64,000 nt of DNA, from the sequence record NZ_CP033968.1, one strand, 5' to 3'. This DNA is from a plasmid. The notes beneath the pieces were generated by a model. It was not told the origin of the DNA. It worked only from the letters and a program-made list of their open reading frames with translations, and did no database searches. Positions 18,255 to 28,424 of the stretch are shown one piece after another; positions within the stretch are counted from its first letter, which is position 1; each line of letters opens with the position of its first letter. Made by a program: the position numbers and the translations under genes.

Positions 18255-19430
18255 ATGGCCAACAAGGAAATCTTCGAGCCGAAAGCCGTCGACTGGCAGA
18301 ACAACCCCGAACAAGCCTTTGACGGCTGGCTCTCAACGCTGAAGGGCCGCCGAAAGGATGCACCACAGCTGAAAGTCTCCTCAGTCGAGATCTACAAGCT
18401 GCAGTGGGGGAAATTCCTCTCATTCCTGCAAGAGCGGAAGGTCCGGGTCACCGAGACAACGGCGAAGGATGTCTCAGACTTTCTGTCGACGCTCGCGGAG
18501 ACAAACTCGTCAAGCCAGCGGGAACGATATCGTGCGCTCCTGGAACGGGTATTCAAGCACCTGCTTGGCGCCGATGCAACCACCAACGAGCGGCTCAATC
18601 CCGCTAGCTGTTCGGCCCAAGGGATAGAGCCGGGTAGAAAGAATTTATTGAATACATCGCTGCAAATGGGCTTCCTGCGCCGGTCTGAGTACGACGGGCT
18701 GGTCTCCCATCTGAACAGCGCACTCAAGCCAGCAAGCGACATCACCACGCACCGCAAACAGCTACGTGACCGAGCCATGGTGGCGGTGTTTCTCGGGGCC
18801 GGCCTGAAGGTTCACCAGGCACTGAGCTTGACTGTTAGCTGCATCGAGACAAAACGTGCCGTACAAATCACCGTTCAGGAGGAGGATTCGAAGTTCTTCC
18901 ACCAGGTGCGCGTCATGCCGTTCGCGGCGGATCTGCTCAAACGATGGTTGGCGCAGCGACGGAAGTGGGAGCGTGAATGTCTGAGGAAGGGCCGCAAGGT
19001 GGGCGATCTGGTCTTCCCGGCGGAGATTGTTGATCCCGACAGGCTGCAGGCCCTCGAGGAAGGTTCACCGGTGGCTATGCCCAGCTCCGGTTCATGGATC
19101 GACCTCCTCGAAGCAGGGAGCGCTGCAGGGATCTCCCGGCGTGGCCGCAATGGCACCGGTACCCGGTTGGTTGGGCGTGCGATGAACTCGGTCATGGCAC
19201 TGCGCGTCTGTGAGGCGGTCATGCAGGAGTCGGGGGTGTACACGAGCCGGGAGGGCGCCGCTGCCGAGAGCATCAGCCCCCAAATACTCCGGAACAGCTT
19301 TGCCGCGACTCTTTTTGCGTCAGGCGAAACGACGTTGGGCGTGCAGAACCAGCTGGGGTTTGCGGAAGAAATCTCCGCTGCGCGAGTGAAAGCCGCGTGG
19401 GATTCCTGGCGCAGCTTTGGCAATGACTAG
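18255..19430 (+). CDS. Tyrosine-recombinase (phage-integrase)-fold protein with degenerate catalytic residues. Probably non-catalytic.
   Basis: N-terminal SAM-like region. The C-terminal domain carries GLK where GLR is expected, QILRNSFAATL where HxLRHTFA is expected, and LGF where LGH is expected. No Tyr lies downstream of the LGF motif. Confidence 0.6.
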   Translation: MANKEIFEPKAVDWQNNPEQAFDGWLSTLKGRRKDAPQLKVSSVEIYKLQWGKFLSFLQERKVRVTETTAKDVSDFLSTLAETNSSSQRERYRALLERVFKHLLGADATTNERLNPASCSAQGIEPGRKNLLNTSLQMGFLRRSEYDGLVSHLNSALKPASDITTHRKQLRDRAMVAVFLGAGLKVHQALSLTVSCIETKRAVQITVQEEDSKFFHQVRVMPFAADLLKRWLAQRRKWERECLRKGRKVGDLVFPAEIVDPDRLQALEEGSPVAMPSSGSWIDLLEAGSAAGISRRGRNGTGTRLVGRAMNSVMALRVCEAVMQESGVYTSREGAAAESISPQILRNSFAATLFASGETTLGVQNQLGFAEEISAARVKAAWDSWRSFGND

Positions 19431-19567
19431 TGACTCGCCGGCAAGTCGCCGCCCCCCGTCCGGCGATCGCGGCAGCCACGACGCCACGTCATGCACACGA
19501 AATAGGCCAGCCGAGCGGATCAAAGCCGCGTGGGATAGCTGGCGCAGATTCTCGCCGGCCCGATTCT

Positions 19568-19657
19568 TCAGGGGTTGACGGCCGCCGGCGCGATCCCCCG
19601 TGCCAGTTCGGCGACGAGGGCGGCCATCCTGGAGCAATGCCCGCGCTTTTCTGGCGC
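19568..19657 (-). pseudogene. 3' fragment of a small secreted-protein gene split by the 25-kb Tn3-family transposon. The 5' fragment is at 44907-45180.
   Basis: Joining the two flanks after removing one AATAT copy gives a continuous frame ...RWASELADI/APEKRGHCSRMAALVAELARGIAPAAVNP*. Confidence 0.6.
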
Positions 19658-19662
19658 AATAT

Positions 19663-19708
19663 GAGGGTTGGCCGGGATTCGTGTATTTCTCGCCAGAATG
19701 ATCCTAAG
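19663..19708 (+). repeat. Left terminal inverted repeat (46 bp) of the Tn3-family transposon.
   Basis: See the transposon entry. Ends in TAAG on the inner side, as in Tn3-family IRs. Confidence 0.7.
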
Positions 19709-20254
19709 GCGATGATTCAAAAGGGAATTTCCGATCAAGATCGGATTTTGCGGCGTCATGCAGCACGAATCCGTATCAGATCGCCAAGCGCATCGGCGTC
19801 GCCCATTACAGGGCAGGAACGCTACTGAATCAGCAAAGGTGGCTGGTTGGTGCGCTGAGAGGCAGCTGGAGTTGACGAGACAGTCTTTCTGAGAGAGCTA
19901 ACGGAACACGTTGAATCCCATCTACCGGGCTTGCAGAAACGTGGCAACCGAAAAAAATGGAGAGGGGCTATAGAGGGGAGCTCTTCACGGATAGGTTCGG
20001 TTGCCTCGTGGGTCAAAGGTGCGTTTGCCGTTCGCCCCCACATGGAGAACCTTCAACGGCAACAAGTCCTCCAGGTCTTCTGGCGTCATGAATTGTGTCC
20101 ATCAAAATAGTGATGGACACAATCATCTGCCGCCTCCCGACTGGGGGCTACGTTTGGCTAAATTCGCGCTTACGTTGTACGTTTGCGTACGCCTTAGTAC
20201 GGCAGCATCTCCCATCAGTACATTCAACGCGATGCCATGCGCTACAATGCGCGC

Positions 20255-20725
20255 ATGTCACGTGCAACCCTAAGCATCTCGCTTCGGGCTGTGTTGCTGC
20301 TTCTTATCGTGTTGCTGCAGCTGCTGAGCCCACTTCTGCACGGCCATTTCGGAATTCCGAAACAGACTGGCCTGCACGTGCACACCGCGCTTTCTGGCGC
20401 GGTTGATTCTCATTTTCAATCCCTCGGATCTTCCCATCATCGAGCCTCCGCGCATGAGGGGTATGCTCTTGATCGCGAGCTGGCTCTGACGAGCAGGGAA
20501 CCCTTTGAGGTTGATGTAGAGCCCTCGATCGGTCCATCGGATCTCGCCGGATTTCTTTGGGCTGCTGCGGGGCCTGGGTTATCGGCACTCACCTTTCTTC
20601 TGCTGGCAGCGCTTGCCTGTTCAGCCATATCACGCCCAGTCTTTCGGCCAGCACCAATTCGCGCGCGCTGGCGCGATCGCATCAATCGAACGCCTCCAGC
20701 GCAGGCTCCCCCACCGGCCTGCTGA
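20255..20725 (+). CDS. Small His-rich protein with an N-terminal hydrophobic segment. Possibly a metal-handling accessory protein upstream of the RND operon.
   Basis: MSRATLSISLRAVLLLLIVLLQLLSPLLHGHFG... Several His residues. Position immediately 5' of the efflux operon. Confidence 0.35.
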   Translation: MSRATLSISLRAVLLLLIVLLQLLSPLLHGHFGIPKQTGLHVHTALSGAVDSHFQSLGSSHHRASAHEGYALDRELALTSREPFEVDVEPSIGPSDLAGFLWAAAGPGLSALTFLLLAALACSAISRPVFRPAPIRARWRDRINRTPPAQAPPPAC

Positions 20726-21033
20726 TCCTAAGCAGGCGGACGGCACGCGCGTCACGGTGCAGCAGAACACTCGTTGAGTTGATCTGCAACAGCCCCATCA
20801 CGCCCACCGTAGCGATCATGAATTCGTTAGGAGCATTGGCTTCTGACCCATCACGTTCGCTCGACGCCACAAGGCGGTAGCTGCATTGCTATCCGCTGGC
20901 CATCCACTGTTCCTACATTCTTGTTCGCGTCGCCTCGAAGCGCCACGCCGCAGTCGGTGTTCGTGCCGCTTCGGGAGGCGACGCAGTTGGAGGATGACGC
21001 CGACAGCGTTGCCTTCGTGGATTGGAGTCAGGC

Positions 21034-22119
21034 ATGTTTCTCAAACGAATTGTGGTGGTTGGCGCATCGATTGCACTGACCGCATTTCCTGTGCGTTGGG
21101 CTACTGCTCAACCGGCGGCACAGGCAGTGTCTCTGTCGGCCGAACAGGCGCGCGCACTGGGTGTGCGCTTTAGCTCGGTCGCAGCTTCTGGGGGCTTGGA
21201 AGTCGGCACCCACGCACGTGTCGTGTTCAAGCCGGATGCGCAATATGTGGTGGCGGCTCCGTACGCGGGCGTGGTGCCTCGCGCGCTGGTGTCACTGGGG
21301 CAGACCGTCCGCCCGAGTCAACCGCTGGCGAGTTTCCTGAGCCCGCAGCTCTTTGAAGCGAGCCGCGCGCTCACGGAGGCCAACTCGCAGGCGCGTTTGG
21401 CGCAGCAATCGCTCGCCCGCGATAAGGCGCTCTTTGATGACGGCATCATCGCCGGAAGCCGCTGGCAGGCAACGCAGGCGCGGGCCGCTGAGGCCAACGC
21501 CATGGCCATGGCGCGCCGGGCCGAACTGGCTTCCGCAGGTATCGCATTCGCTGGCGCGGGCGGCGAAGCGCAACTGATCGCGAATCATGGCGGCGTGGTG
21601 TCGGAGGTCAACGCTGTTCCGGGGGCGCGAGTTGAAGCGGCCGCGCCGCTTTTCCGGATCGTTGACCCGGCTGCGCTGGAGCTGGACCTGCTGGTTGGCC
21701 GCGATGTGCCCGTGCCAACCATAGGCGACCGCATCGAGATCGTGCCGCGCGGTGCAAGCGGTACGGTCATTGGCGTTGCGCCTTCGGGTGACGGTACGGC
21801 AGGGGTGCGTGTGCGGGCGTCGCTGGAGCGCCGTGGCGATCTGCGCGCCGGCGAGAGCGTCAACGTCACGCTCAAGCTGCGCGGCTCTAACGGCGCGGGC
21901 GCCTCGGGGCTGGTGCGGGTTCCGGCGGCCGCCTTGGCCTACGTGTCCGGCGTTCCGGGCGTGTTTGTCGCCACCGACAAAGGCTTCCGCTTCCAGGAGG
22001 TCGCCGTTGCCAGTACGGATGACGCCGTCGCTGTCCTGCGCGCCAATCTGCCTACAGGGACACGCGTAGCGGTTGCGGGCGTCGGTGCACTCAAGGGCTT
22101 GCTGGCGGGAGAACAGTGA
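21034..22119 (+). CDS. RND efflux periplasmic adaptor (membrane fusion protein, CzcB/ZneB-like).
   Basis: Signal peptide, HlyD-like length and composition. Stop overlaps the start of the RND pump (ATGA). Confidence 0.8.
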   Translation: MFLKRIVVVGASIALTAFPVRWATAQPAAQAVSLSAEQARALGVRFSSVAASGGLEVGTHARVVFKPDAQYVVAAPYAGVVPRALVSLGQTVRPSQPLASFLSPQLFEASRALTEANSQARLAQQSLARDKALFDDGIIAGSRWQATQARAAEANAMAMARRAELASAGIAFAGAGGEAQLIANHGGVVSEVNAVPGARVEAAAPLFRIVDPAALELDLLVGRDVPVPTIGDRIEIVPRGASGTVIGVAPSGDGTAGVRVRASLERRGDLRAGESVNVTLKLRGSNGAGASGLVRVPAAALAYVSGVPGVFVATDKGFRFQEVAVASTDDAVAVLRANLPTGTRVAVAGVGALKGLLAGEQ

Positions 22120-25100
22120 TGCTGCCCCGCCTGATTGAGTTTTCTTTGCGCCAGCGTGTACTGGTGCTGATCGCGGCCGGCGTGCTTGCTGCCGCTGGCG
22201 TCTGGGCTTACCTGAACCTGCCGATTGATGCGTTTCCCGATATCTCGCCGACGCAGGTCAAGGTCGTGCTCAAGGTGCCGGGCATGACGCCGGAAGAAGT
22301 CGAGCAGCGTGTCTCGACACCCATCGAGCAGGAACTGCTCGGCCTTCCGCATAAGACGATCGTGCGCTCGGTGTCCAAATACGGCATCAGCGACGTGACG
22401 GTCGATTTTGAAGAGGGTGTGGACGTCTACTGGGCACGCCAGCAAGTGTCGGAGCGCCTGGCAGGTCTTGCCCGCGACCTGCCGTCGACAGCCGTGGGCG
22501 GCCTAGCGCCGATCACCACGCCGCTGGGCGAGATGTTCATGTTCACCGTGGAGGGCGACGGCTACTCGCTGGCGGAGCGGCGCCGAGTGCTGGACTGGGT
22601 CATCCGGCCGGCGTTGCGCACCGTTCCTGGCGTGGCCGATGTAAACGCATTGGGTGGCGAGGTCCGCAGCTATGAGGTAACGCCCGATCCGGCACGCCTG
22701 CGTGCACGGGGGGTGACGCTGGAGCAGCTGCGCCAGGCGCTGGATGCCAACAATCGCAACGATGGTGCGGGCCGGCTTGATCGCGGTGACGAGCACTGGG
22801 TGGTCCGCGTGGAAGGCGGCGTGCGCGGGCTCGACGATCTGCGAGCGATTGTCGTGGTGCCAGCGCAGAGTCCGGCGTCCAACCCTGCCGTCACCGTGGG
22901 CGATGTGGCCACCGTGCAGCTGGGTGAGGCGACCCGCAACGGCGCTGTCAGCAAGGATGGCAACGGTGAGGTAGTCGAAGGGCTGGTGCTGGGCCTGCGC
23001 GGCAGCGATGCCCGCAAGCTGGTCGAGGCGGTACAGGAACGGTTGGACACGCTTGGCCCTCAACTGCCCAAGGGCATGTCGGCACACGTGTTCTACAACC
23101 GTGGCGAGCTGGTGACACGCGCAGCCAACACGGTGGTGCGTGCGCTGATTGAAGCCAGCGTGTTGGTGGTCATCACGCTGTACCTGTTCCTGGGCGGTGT
23201 GCGGGCGGCGCTGGTGGTGGCGGCCACGCTGCCGCTGTCGATGCTGGCGACCTTCCTGCTGATGCGCTACGTGGGCCTGACCGCCAACCTGATGAGCCTG
23301 GGTGGACTGGCCATTGCTCTGGGCATGCTGGTGGATGCGGCGGTCGTTGTGGTGGAGAACATCGAGACTGCCATGGCGCGTGCCCAAGACCACAAGACCG
23401 ATCCAGCGCTGCGCGGGGCCGTGATCCGTCACGCAGTGGCTACCGTTGCAGTGCCGATGCTCTCCGGCGTTTCCATCATCGCCATCGTGTTCCTGCCGCT
23501 GTTGTCATTGCAGGGGCTGGAGGGCAAGTTGTTCGGGCCGGTGGCGCTGACCATCGTGCTGGCACTGGCCTCGTCTGTGGTGATCGCCTTTACGGTCGTG
23601 CCGGCGTTGGCCTCCATGCTGCTGCTCGCGCATGCGGATGAGGCGCCTTGGCTGATGCGCAAGGTGGCGGGTGGCTTTGCCCGCCTACAGGCCTGGACCA
23701 CGGCGCGCCGCCGCATCGTGTTTGGCGTGGCGGGGGCGGCGCTGGTCGTGGCGGTGGTGCTGTACATGTCAGTCGGCAAGACGTTCATGCCGACCATGGA
23801 CGAAGGCGATCTGATTGTGCAGTTGCAAAAGGCGCCGTCTGTTTCCCTGGCAGCATCGCTGGACCTGGACCAACGCGTGCAGCAAGCGCTGCTCAAAGAG
23901 GTGCCCGAGATCCGCTCCATCGTGGCGCGCTCCGGCTCCGACGACCTGGGCCTGGACCCGATGGGTCTGAATGAGACCGACACCTTCCTGGTGCTCAAGC
24001 CCAAGGACCAGTGGCGCGGCAGCAAGGAGGACATCGCGACAGCCATTCGTCACGTGATGGAGCGCTTCCCCGGCGTGATCTATGGCTTCACGCAGCCGAT
24101 CGAGATGCGCGTGTCGGAGATGCTGACCGGTACGCGCGGGGATATCGCCATCAAGCTCTTCGGCAGCGATCTCGCCGCTATTGACGCGGCCGCACAGGCC
24201 ATTGCTGCCAAGGTGCGCTCCATCCGTGGCGCCGCCGAGGTGATCGCGCCCAGCAACAGTGGTGTGCAGTACCTGAAGGTCTCGCTGGATCGCGCGGCAG
24301 TCGGCCACGCTGGCTTTACCGGAGATGCCCTGCAAACGCAGTTGCGAGCCCTGATCGAAGGTGACCGGATTGGCGTAGTGCCCGAAGGCATTGTGCGTAC
24401 ACCGCTGATTCTGCGCGGCGGAGCGGGCCTGCGCCAAGCGCCGGAGAACCTCACCGGCCTCCTGGTGACGGCGCCAGATGGCAAAACTTGGCCGCTCTCG
24501 TCTCTTGCCCGCATCGAACGCGTGGACGGGCCGGTGCGCATCAACCATGAAGACGGAGCCCGGTTTGCTGTGATCCAGGCCAACGTTGAAGGCCGGGATC
24601 TGGCCGGCTTTGTGCAGGAAGCACAGGGTGCGGTTGGCAGCATCAGCACGCTGCCGAAAGGACTGCGTGTTGTCTGGGGCGGCCAGTTCGAGAATCAGCA
24701 ACGTGCGGCGGCGCGTCTAGCACTGGTCGTGCCGCTGGCCTTGGGCGCCATCTTTCTGCTGCTGATGCTCACGTTCCGCTCGGTGCGGCAGGCGGTGCTG
24801 GTCGTCGCCAACATTCCGTTTGCACTCGTAGGCGGCATCGCCGCGCTGCGGATATCGGGCGAGTACCTGTCGGTGCCGGCCTCCGTCGGCTTTATCGCGC
24901 TGCTCGGGATCGCGGTGCTCAATGGTGTGGTGCTGGTCTCGCACTTCAACACCTTGCTGGAGTCGGGCTCGAGCATGGCGGAAACCGTGCGTGTGGGCGT
25001 GCAAGACCGCCTGCGGCCGGTGCTGATGACAGCCTGCATTACCGCACTGGGGATGATTCCGCTGCTATTGGCGAGCGGGCCAGGGTCGGAGATTCAACGC

Positions 25101-25232
25101 CCGCTGGCGATCGTAGTGTCGGGCGGGTTGCTTTCTTCGACGGCACTGACGCTGCTCCTGCTCCCCTTGCTGTTTGAACGCTTTGGTATGCCCCGGGCCC
25201 GGACGGCCGACGGGCAGGGAGATTTGCAATGA
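22116..25232 (+). CDS. HME-type RND inner-membrane transporter (CzcA/CusA/ZneA family, 1038 aa).
   Basis: 12-TM RND architecture. TM4 region GGLAIALGMLVDAAVVVVEN is typical of heavy-metal-efflux RND pumps. Gene order B-A-C. Confidence 0.9.
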   Translation: MMLPRLIEFSLRQRVLVLIAAGVLAAAGVWAYLNLPIDAFPDISPTQVKVVLKVPGMTPEEVEQRVSTPIEQELLGLPHKTIVRSVSKYGISDVTVDFEEGVDVYWARQQVSERLAGLARDLPSTAVGGLAPITTPLGEMFMFTVEGDGYSLAERRRVLDWVIRPALRTVPGVADVNALGGEVRSYEVTPDPARLRARGVTLEQLRQALDANNRNDGAGRLDRGDEHWVVRVEGGVRGLDDLRAIVVVPAQSPASNPAVTVGDVATVQLGEATRNGAVSKDGNGEVVEGLVLGLRGSDARKLVEAVQERLDTLGPQLPKGMSAHVFYNRGELVTRAANTVVRALIEASVLVVITLYLFLGGVRAALVVAATLPLSMLATFLLMRYVGLTANLMSLGGLAIALGMLVDAAVVVVENIETAMARAQDHKTDPALRGAVIRHAVATVAVPMLSGVSIIAIVFLPLLSLQGLEGKLFGPVALTIVLALASSVVIAFTVVPALASMLLLAHADEAPWLMRKVAGGFARLQAWTTARRRIVFGVAGAALVVAVVLYMSVGKTFMPTMDEGDLIVQLQKAPSVSLAASLDLDQRVQQALLKEVPEIRSIVARSGSDDLGLDPMGLNETDTFLVLKPKDQWRGSKEDIATAIRHVMERFPGVIYGFTQPIEMRVSEMLTGTRGDIAIKLFGSDLAAIDAAAQAIAAKVRSIRGAAEVIAPSNSGVQYLKVSLDRAAVGHAGFTGDALQTQLRALIEGDRIGVVPEGIVRTPLILRGGAGLRQAPENLTGLLVTAPDGKTWPLSSLARIERVDGPVRINHEDGARFAVIQANVEGRDLAGFVQEAQGAVGSISTLPKGLRVVWGGQFENQQRAAARLALVVPLALGAIFLLLMLTFRSVRQAVLVVANIPFALVGGIAALRISGEYLSVPASVGFIALLGIAVLNGVVLVSHFNTLLESGSSMAETVRVGVQDRLRPVLMTACITALGMIPLLLASGPGSEIQRPLAIVVSGGLLSSTALTLLLLPLLFERFGMPRARTADGQGDLQ

Positions 25233-26485
25233 GGTTGAACATGTTTCGCTTCGCATTGGCCGGAGCCGGCGTGATGCTGCTTTGCGGCGCCACCGCCCAA
25301 GCGCAGAACACGCCGGGCTACCTACCCGCTGAGAGCTCGGTGCGTGAAGCGGTTGCGCAATCGCCCGAGGTGATGACGGCCGAAGCCCGGCGCGATGCCA
25401 CGCTGGCCCGTGCCGAAGGCATTCGAGCGGGGACGGCCGAGACTGTGGTGAGAGCGATCGGACAGGGGCGTCAGGTCCGAGATCCGTCTGAGCGACATGC
25501 GGAAGGGCAGATCGCCGTGGAGCGGCCGTTGAGGCTGTGGGGCAAGGCTCAAGCCGATGGCCAGCTTGCTGATGCGGCGGCCGAGGCTGGCCAACTTGCG
25601 GTGAAGGACGCACGCCACGAAGCATCGCGGCAGATCCTCTCGCTGTGGTTTGCTGCTGTGCGGGCTGGGCAAGCACGCCAGGCCGCTCAGGAGAATGCCC
25701 GGGCTGCGGCCGAGTTGGCGACGCTGACGGCCCGCCGGGTCCAGTTGGGTGACGCTTCGCGCTTGGACGGTGAACTGGCAGCAGCGGATCAGGCTCGCAT
25801 GCAAGCCGCACTGGCGACGGCCACTGCAGCCGAACAGGCCGCGCAGGCGGAACTGCAGGCCCGTTTTCCGGGGTTGCCCCGGCCCATGATGGCCGCTGAC
25901 ACCGCGCTGCCCGTGTTGCCGCAGGACCCACCGGAACGATTGCGCACGCAGTACATACAGGACAGCCACGAGTATCGGCTTGCCATGGCGGAAGAGGTGC
26001 AGGCACAGCAGATGGCCAAGCGGGCAGATCTGGAGCGCCGGCCCGATCCCACCGTCGGCATGTTCGTATCGGTGGAGCGTGGTGGTGCGGAACGCATCAT
26101 GGGAGTGAGCGTGGCGATGCCGCTCGGCTCGGCGCATCGCCGTACTGCCGCAGCAGCGGCCGCGGCCGATGCGGAAGCTGCAGCTCGCCGCAGACTCGGT
26201 GCAGAACGACGCCTGGGTGCGGAATTCGACGTGCTCTATCGTGACCTGCAAGGCAAAGGGGGAGCCGCGCAAGCACAGATCGAAGCGACTACGTTACAGA
26301 GACGCGCAGCCGACCGCGCCACCCGCGCGTTTCGCGCCGGCGAGTCCGGCTTGACCGAGCTGTTGGTGGCACGCCGCGGCCTTGCCGACGCAGTGTTGGC
26401 CGAGCGGCTCGCTCGGGTGAACGTACTGGAGGCGGACAGCCGGCTCCAGCTGGATCTGCATCGCATGTGGGATTTCGATGACTGA
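25229..26485 (+). CDS. Outer-membrane factor (TolC/CzcC-like) of the RND efflux system.
   Basis: Signal peptide. Ala/Gln/Arg-rich coiled-coil repeats typical of OMF proteins. Overlaps the pump stop. Confidence 0.8.
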   Translation: MRLNMFRFALAGAGVMLLCGATAQAQNTPGYLPAESSVREAVAQSPEVMTAEARRDATLARAEGIRAGTAETVVRAIGQGRQVRDPSERHAEGQIAVERPLRLWGKAQADGQLADAAAEAGQLAVKDARHEASRQILSLWFAAVRAGQARQAAQENARAAAELATLTARRVQLGDASRLDGELAAADQARMQAALATATAAEQAAQAELQARFPGLPRPMMAADTALPVLPQDPPERLRTQYIQDSHEYRLAMAEEVQAQQMAKRADLERRPDPTVGMFVSVERGGAERIMGVSVAMPLGSAHRRTAAAAAAADAEAAARRRLGAERRLGAEFDVLYRDLQGKGGAAQAQIEATTLQRRAADRATRAFRAGESGLTELLVARRGLADAVLAERLARVNVLEADSRLQLDLHRMWDFDD

Positions 26486-26598
26486 TCTTGAGCAACGCCT
26501 GACATGCCCCATGAATAGATAGCGATAACCATCAACGTGGGTGCGTTCGCAACGACCGAAGCAGCGGCGTACTCCACGTGTCCTAACGTAGATGAATC

Positions 26599-27525
26599 AT
26601 GCGACATCCCGAAGACCTCGATCTCAAAATCGACCTGGATACCGAAGACAGTGCGACCAAGCAGGCAGCCGCACGGCGCAGCACGCTGGTGAGCGTGGGC
26701 GTCAACCTGAGCTTGACCGTTGCACAAGTCGTGGCGGGCATCCTGGCCGGCTCCCAGGCGTTGGTGGCCGATGCCATCCACTCGTTGTCCGATTTGATCT
26801 CGGACTTCGTTGTGCTGTTTGCCAGCCACCACAGCCAGAAAGGGCCGGATGCAACTCACCACTATGGCCATCAGCGCTTCGAGAACGCCGCGTCGCTAGT
26901 GCTCGGATTGCTGTTGCTGGCCGTCGGCGTCGGCATGCTTTGGAATGCAGTAGTGAAGCTGGAGCACCCCGAGGCCATTCAGCCAGTCAAGCTCATCGGC
27001 CTGTGGGTCGCTCTCGGGGCGCTGGCGGCAAAGGAGCTGCTGTTCCGCTACATGCTGGCCGTTGCCGAGCGTGTGCGCTCCAGCATGCTGGTCGCCAACG
27101 CATGGCATGCACGCTCGGACGCCGCCTCGTCGCTGGTGGTGGCGCTCGGCATTGTGGGCAATGTGTTCGGCTACCGCCTGCTTGATCCTGTAGCGGCTCT
27201 GATCGTCGGCCTGATGGTGACGCGCATGGGTTGGCAGTTCGGGTGGGAGGCGCTGCACGATCTCATGGACCGTGCCGTCGACCAGGAAACCGTTGAGGCG
27301 ATCCACCAAACGATGCTGGAAACGCCCGGCGTGCACGGCGTACACGACGTCAAGACCCGCCGCATGGGCGACATGATCCTGGTCGATGTCCACCTGGAAG
27401 TCGATGCGCGTGCCAACGTGAGACAAGGCCACGACATTGCATTGGAAGCGCGGCGCCGCGTCATGCTGCGCCGCGATGTGCTCAACGTAATGACCCACGT
27501 GGACCCTGTGGAGGCGCCAACCTAA
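26599..27525 (+). CDS. Cation diffusion facilitator family divalent-metal efflux transporter (CzcD/FieF/DmeF-like).
   Basis: HSLSD motif in TM2, six TMs, His-rich C-terminal domain. Confidence 0.85.
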   Translation: MRHPEDLDLKIDLDTEDSATKQAAARRSTLVSVGVNLSLTVAQVVAGILAGSQALVADAIHSLSDLISDFVVLFASHHSQKGPDATHHYGHQRFENAASLVLGLLLLAVGVGMLWNAVVKLEHPEAIQPVKLIGLWVALGALAAKELLFRYMLAVAERVRSSMLVANAWHARSDAASSLVVALGIVGNVFGYRLLDPVAALIVGLMVTRMGWQFGWEALHDLMDRAVDQETVEAIHQTMLETPGVHGVHDVKTRRMGDMILVDVHLEVDARANVRQGHDIALEARRRVMLRRDVLNVMTHVDPVEAPT

Positions 27526-27670
27526 ACGCGAGGGAGGGCAGTTTTTTGATCTGCGACAACTGTTTTCCGTATCGCGGCGGCGATCGATCAGAAGTCGCTG
27601 CTCCGTAACGGGGCATGCGAGTACATAGATGTTGTACTGCGCAGCCATGATTCACACACTCCAATTTCTA

Positions 27671-28204
27671 GGTGGTTTTATGCGCTCTGAACAGAAGTAC
27701 TCCCTTGCCATGCGATCCCTGCATTGGCTGGTATTCCTGGCCGTCACGATTGCCGTGGTGGCGATCGAGATCCACGACTTTTTTCCCAAAGGCAGCACCG
27801 CGCGCACCGCGGCATTTGCGGTTCATCAGACCGCGGGGCTGTCCGTGCTCGCGTTGATGGTGCTGCGTTTATTTGTCCGCTGGGGAACCCAGCCGCCGGC
27901 ACCGGTCCCTGGCCCACAACTGCTGCAGCGTGCAGCATGCCTCACGCATGGCGTGCTCTACCTGTTGATGGTCGGGATGCCCATTCTTGGCGTGCTGGCG
28001 CTGGCCTGGGGTGGTAAGCCGATTCAGCCGTTCGGGCTGACTTTGACGCTCCCCCTTTTGCAGGACAAGAGCTTGGCGAGCCTCAGCAAGGAGGTGCATG
28101 AGTCAGGTGCCACGCTCGTGTACATCTTTGTTGGGCTGCATGCGGCCGCAGCGCTCTGGCATGAGTTCATGCTGAAAGACCGATTGTTGCGTCGCATGAT
28201 CTAG
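27671..28204 (+). CDS. Cytochrome b561 family protein (CybB-like).
   Basis: ~177 aa, four TMs with conserved His (LHWLVF..., HQTAG..., HGVLY..., LHAAAALWHE). Internal start of track ORF 27629..28204. Confidence 0.75.
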   Translation, partial: GGFMRSEQKYSLAMRSLHWLVFLAVTIAVVAIEIHDFFPKGSTARTAAFAVHQTAGLSVLALMVLRLFVRWGTQPPAPVPGPQLLQRAACLTHGVLYLLMVGMPILGVLALAWGGKPIQPFGLTLTLPLLQDKSLASLSKEVHESGATLVYIFVGLHAAAALWHEFMLKDRLLRRMI

Positions 28205-28251
28205 CGCAGCAAACGGTTCTTCCAGGTCGCTATTCGTGCAGGCCCATCGTT

Positions 28252-28416
28252 CATGGAATCCGGCTTCCGTCATCTCAATATAGCGCTGCTCGCTGTCTCG
28301 GCCGCGACGCTGGCGGCCGGATTGTTGGCGCGCTACCTGCGGGCCGACCAAGATAAGCCGACCCGCTATCATAAGCCTCTCGGTGATGAAGGCGGCGCTT
28401 GTTATTTCGTTTGGTA
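28252..28416 (+). CDS. Possible small membrane protein (54 aa).
   Basis: ATG-initiated ORF MESGFRHLNIALLAVSAATLAAGLLARYLRAD... with high GC3. Below the track cut-off. Weak RBS. Confidence 0.25.
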
Positions 28417-28424
28417 ATTAGGCG

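Noticed and set aside
19430-19828. 132-aa plus-strand ORF immediately after the integrase-like gene.
   Set aside because: It runs across the transposon IR-L and intergenic DNA. Its translation is Arg/Pro-rich low-complexity, and the minus-strand secreted-protein fragment explains this region better.
22503-26871. Many overlapping minus-strand or alternative-frame ORFs inside the RND, OMF and CDF genes (for example 22503..23432, 23769..24701, 25065..26006, 26236..26871).
   Set aside because: They lie within a well-supported transporter operon. Their translations are His/Arg/Pro-rich GC-frame artefacts.
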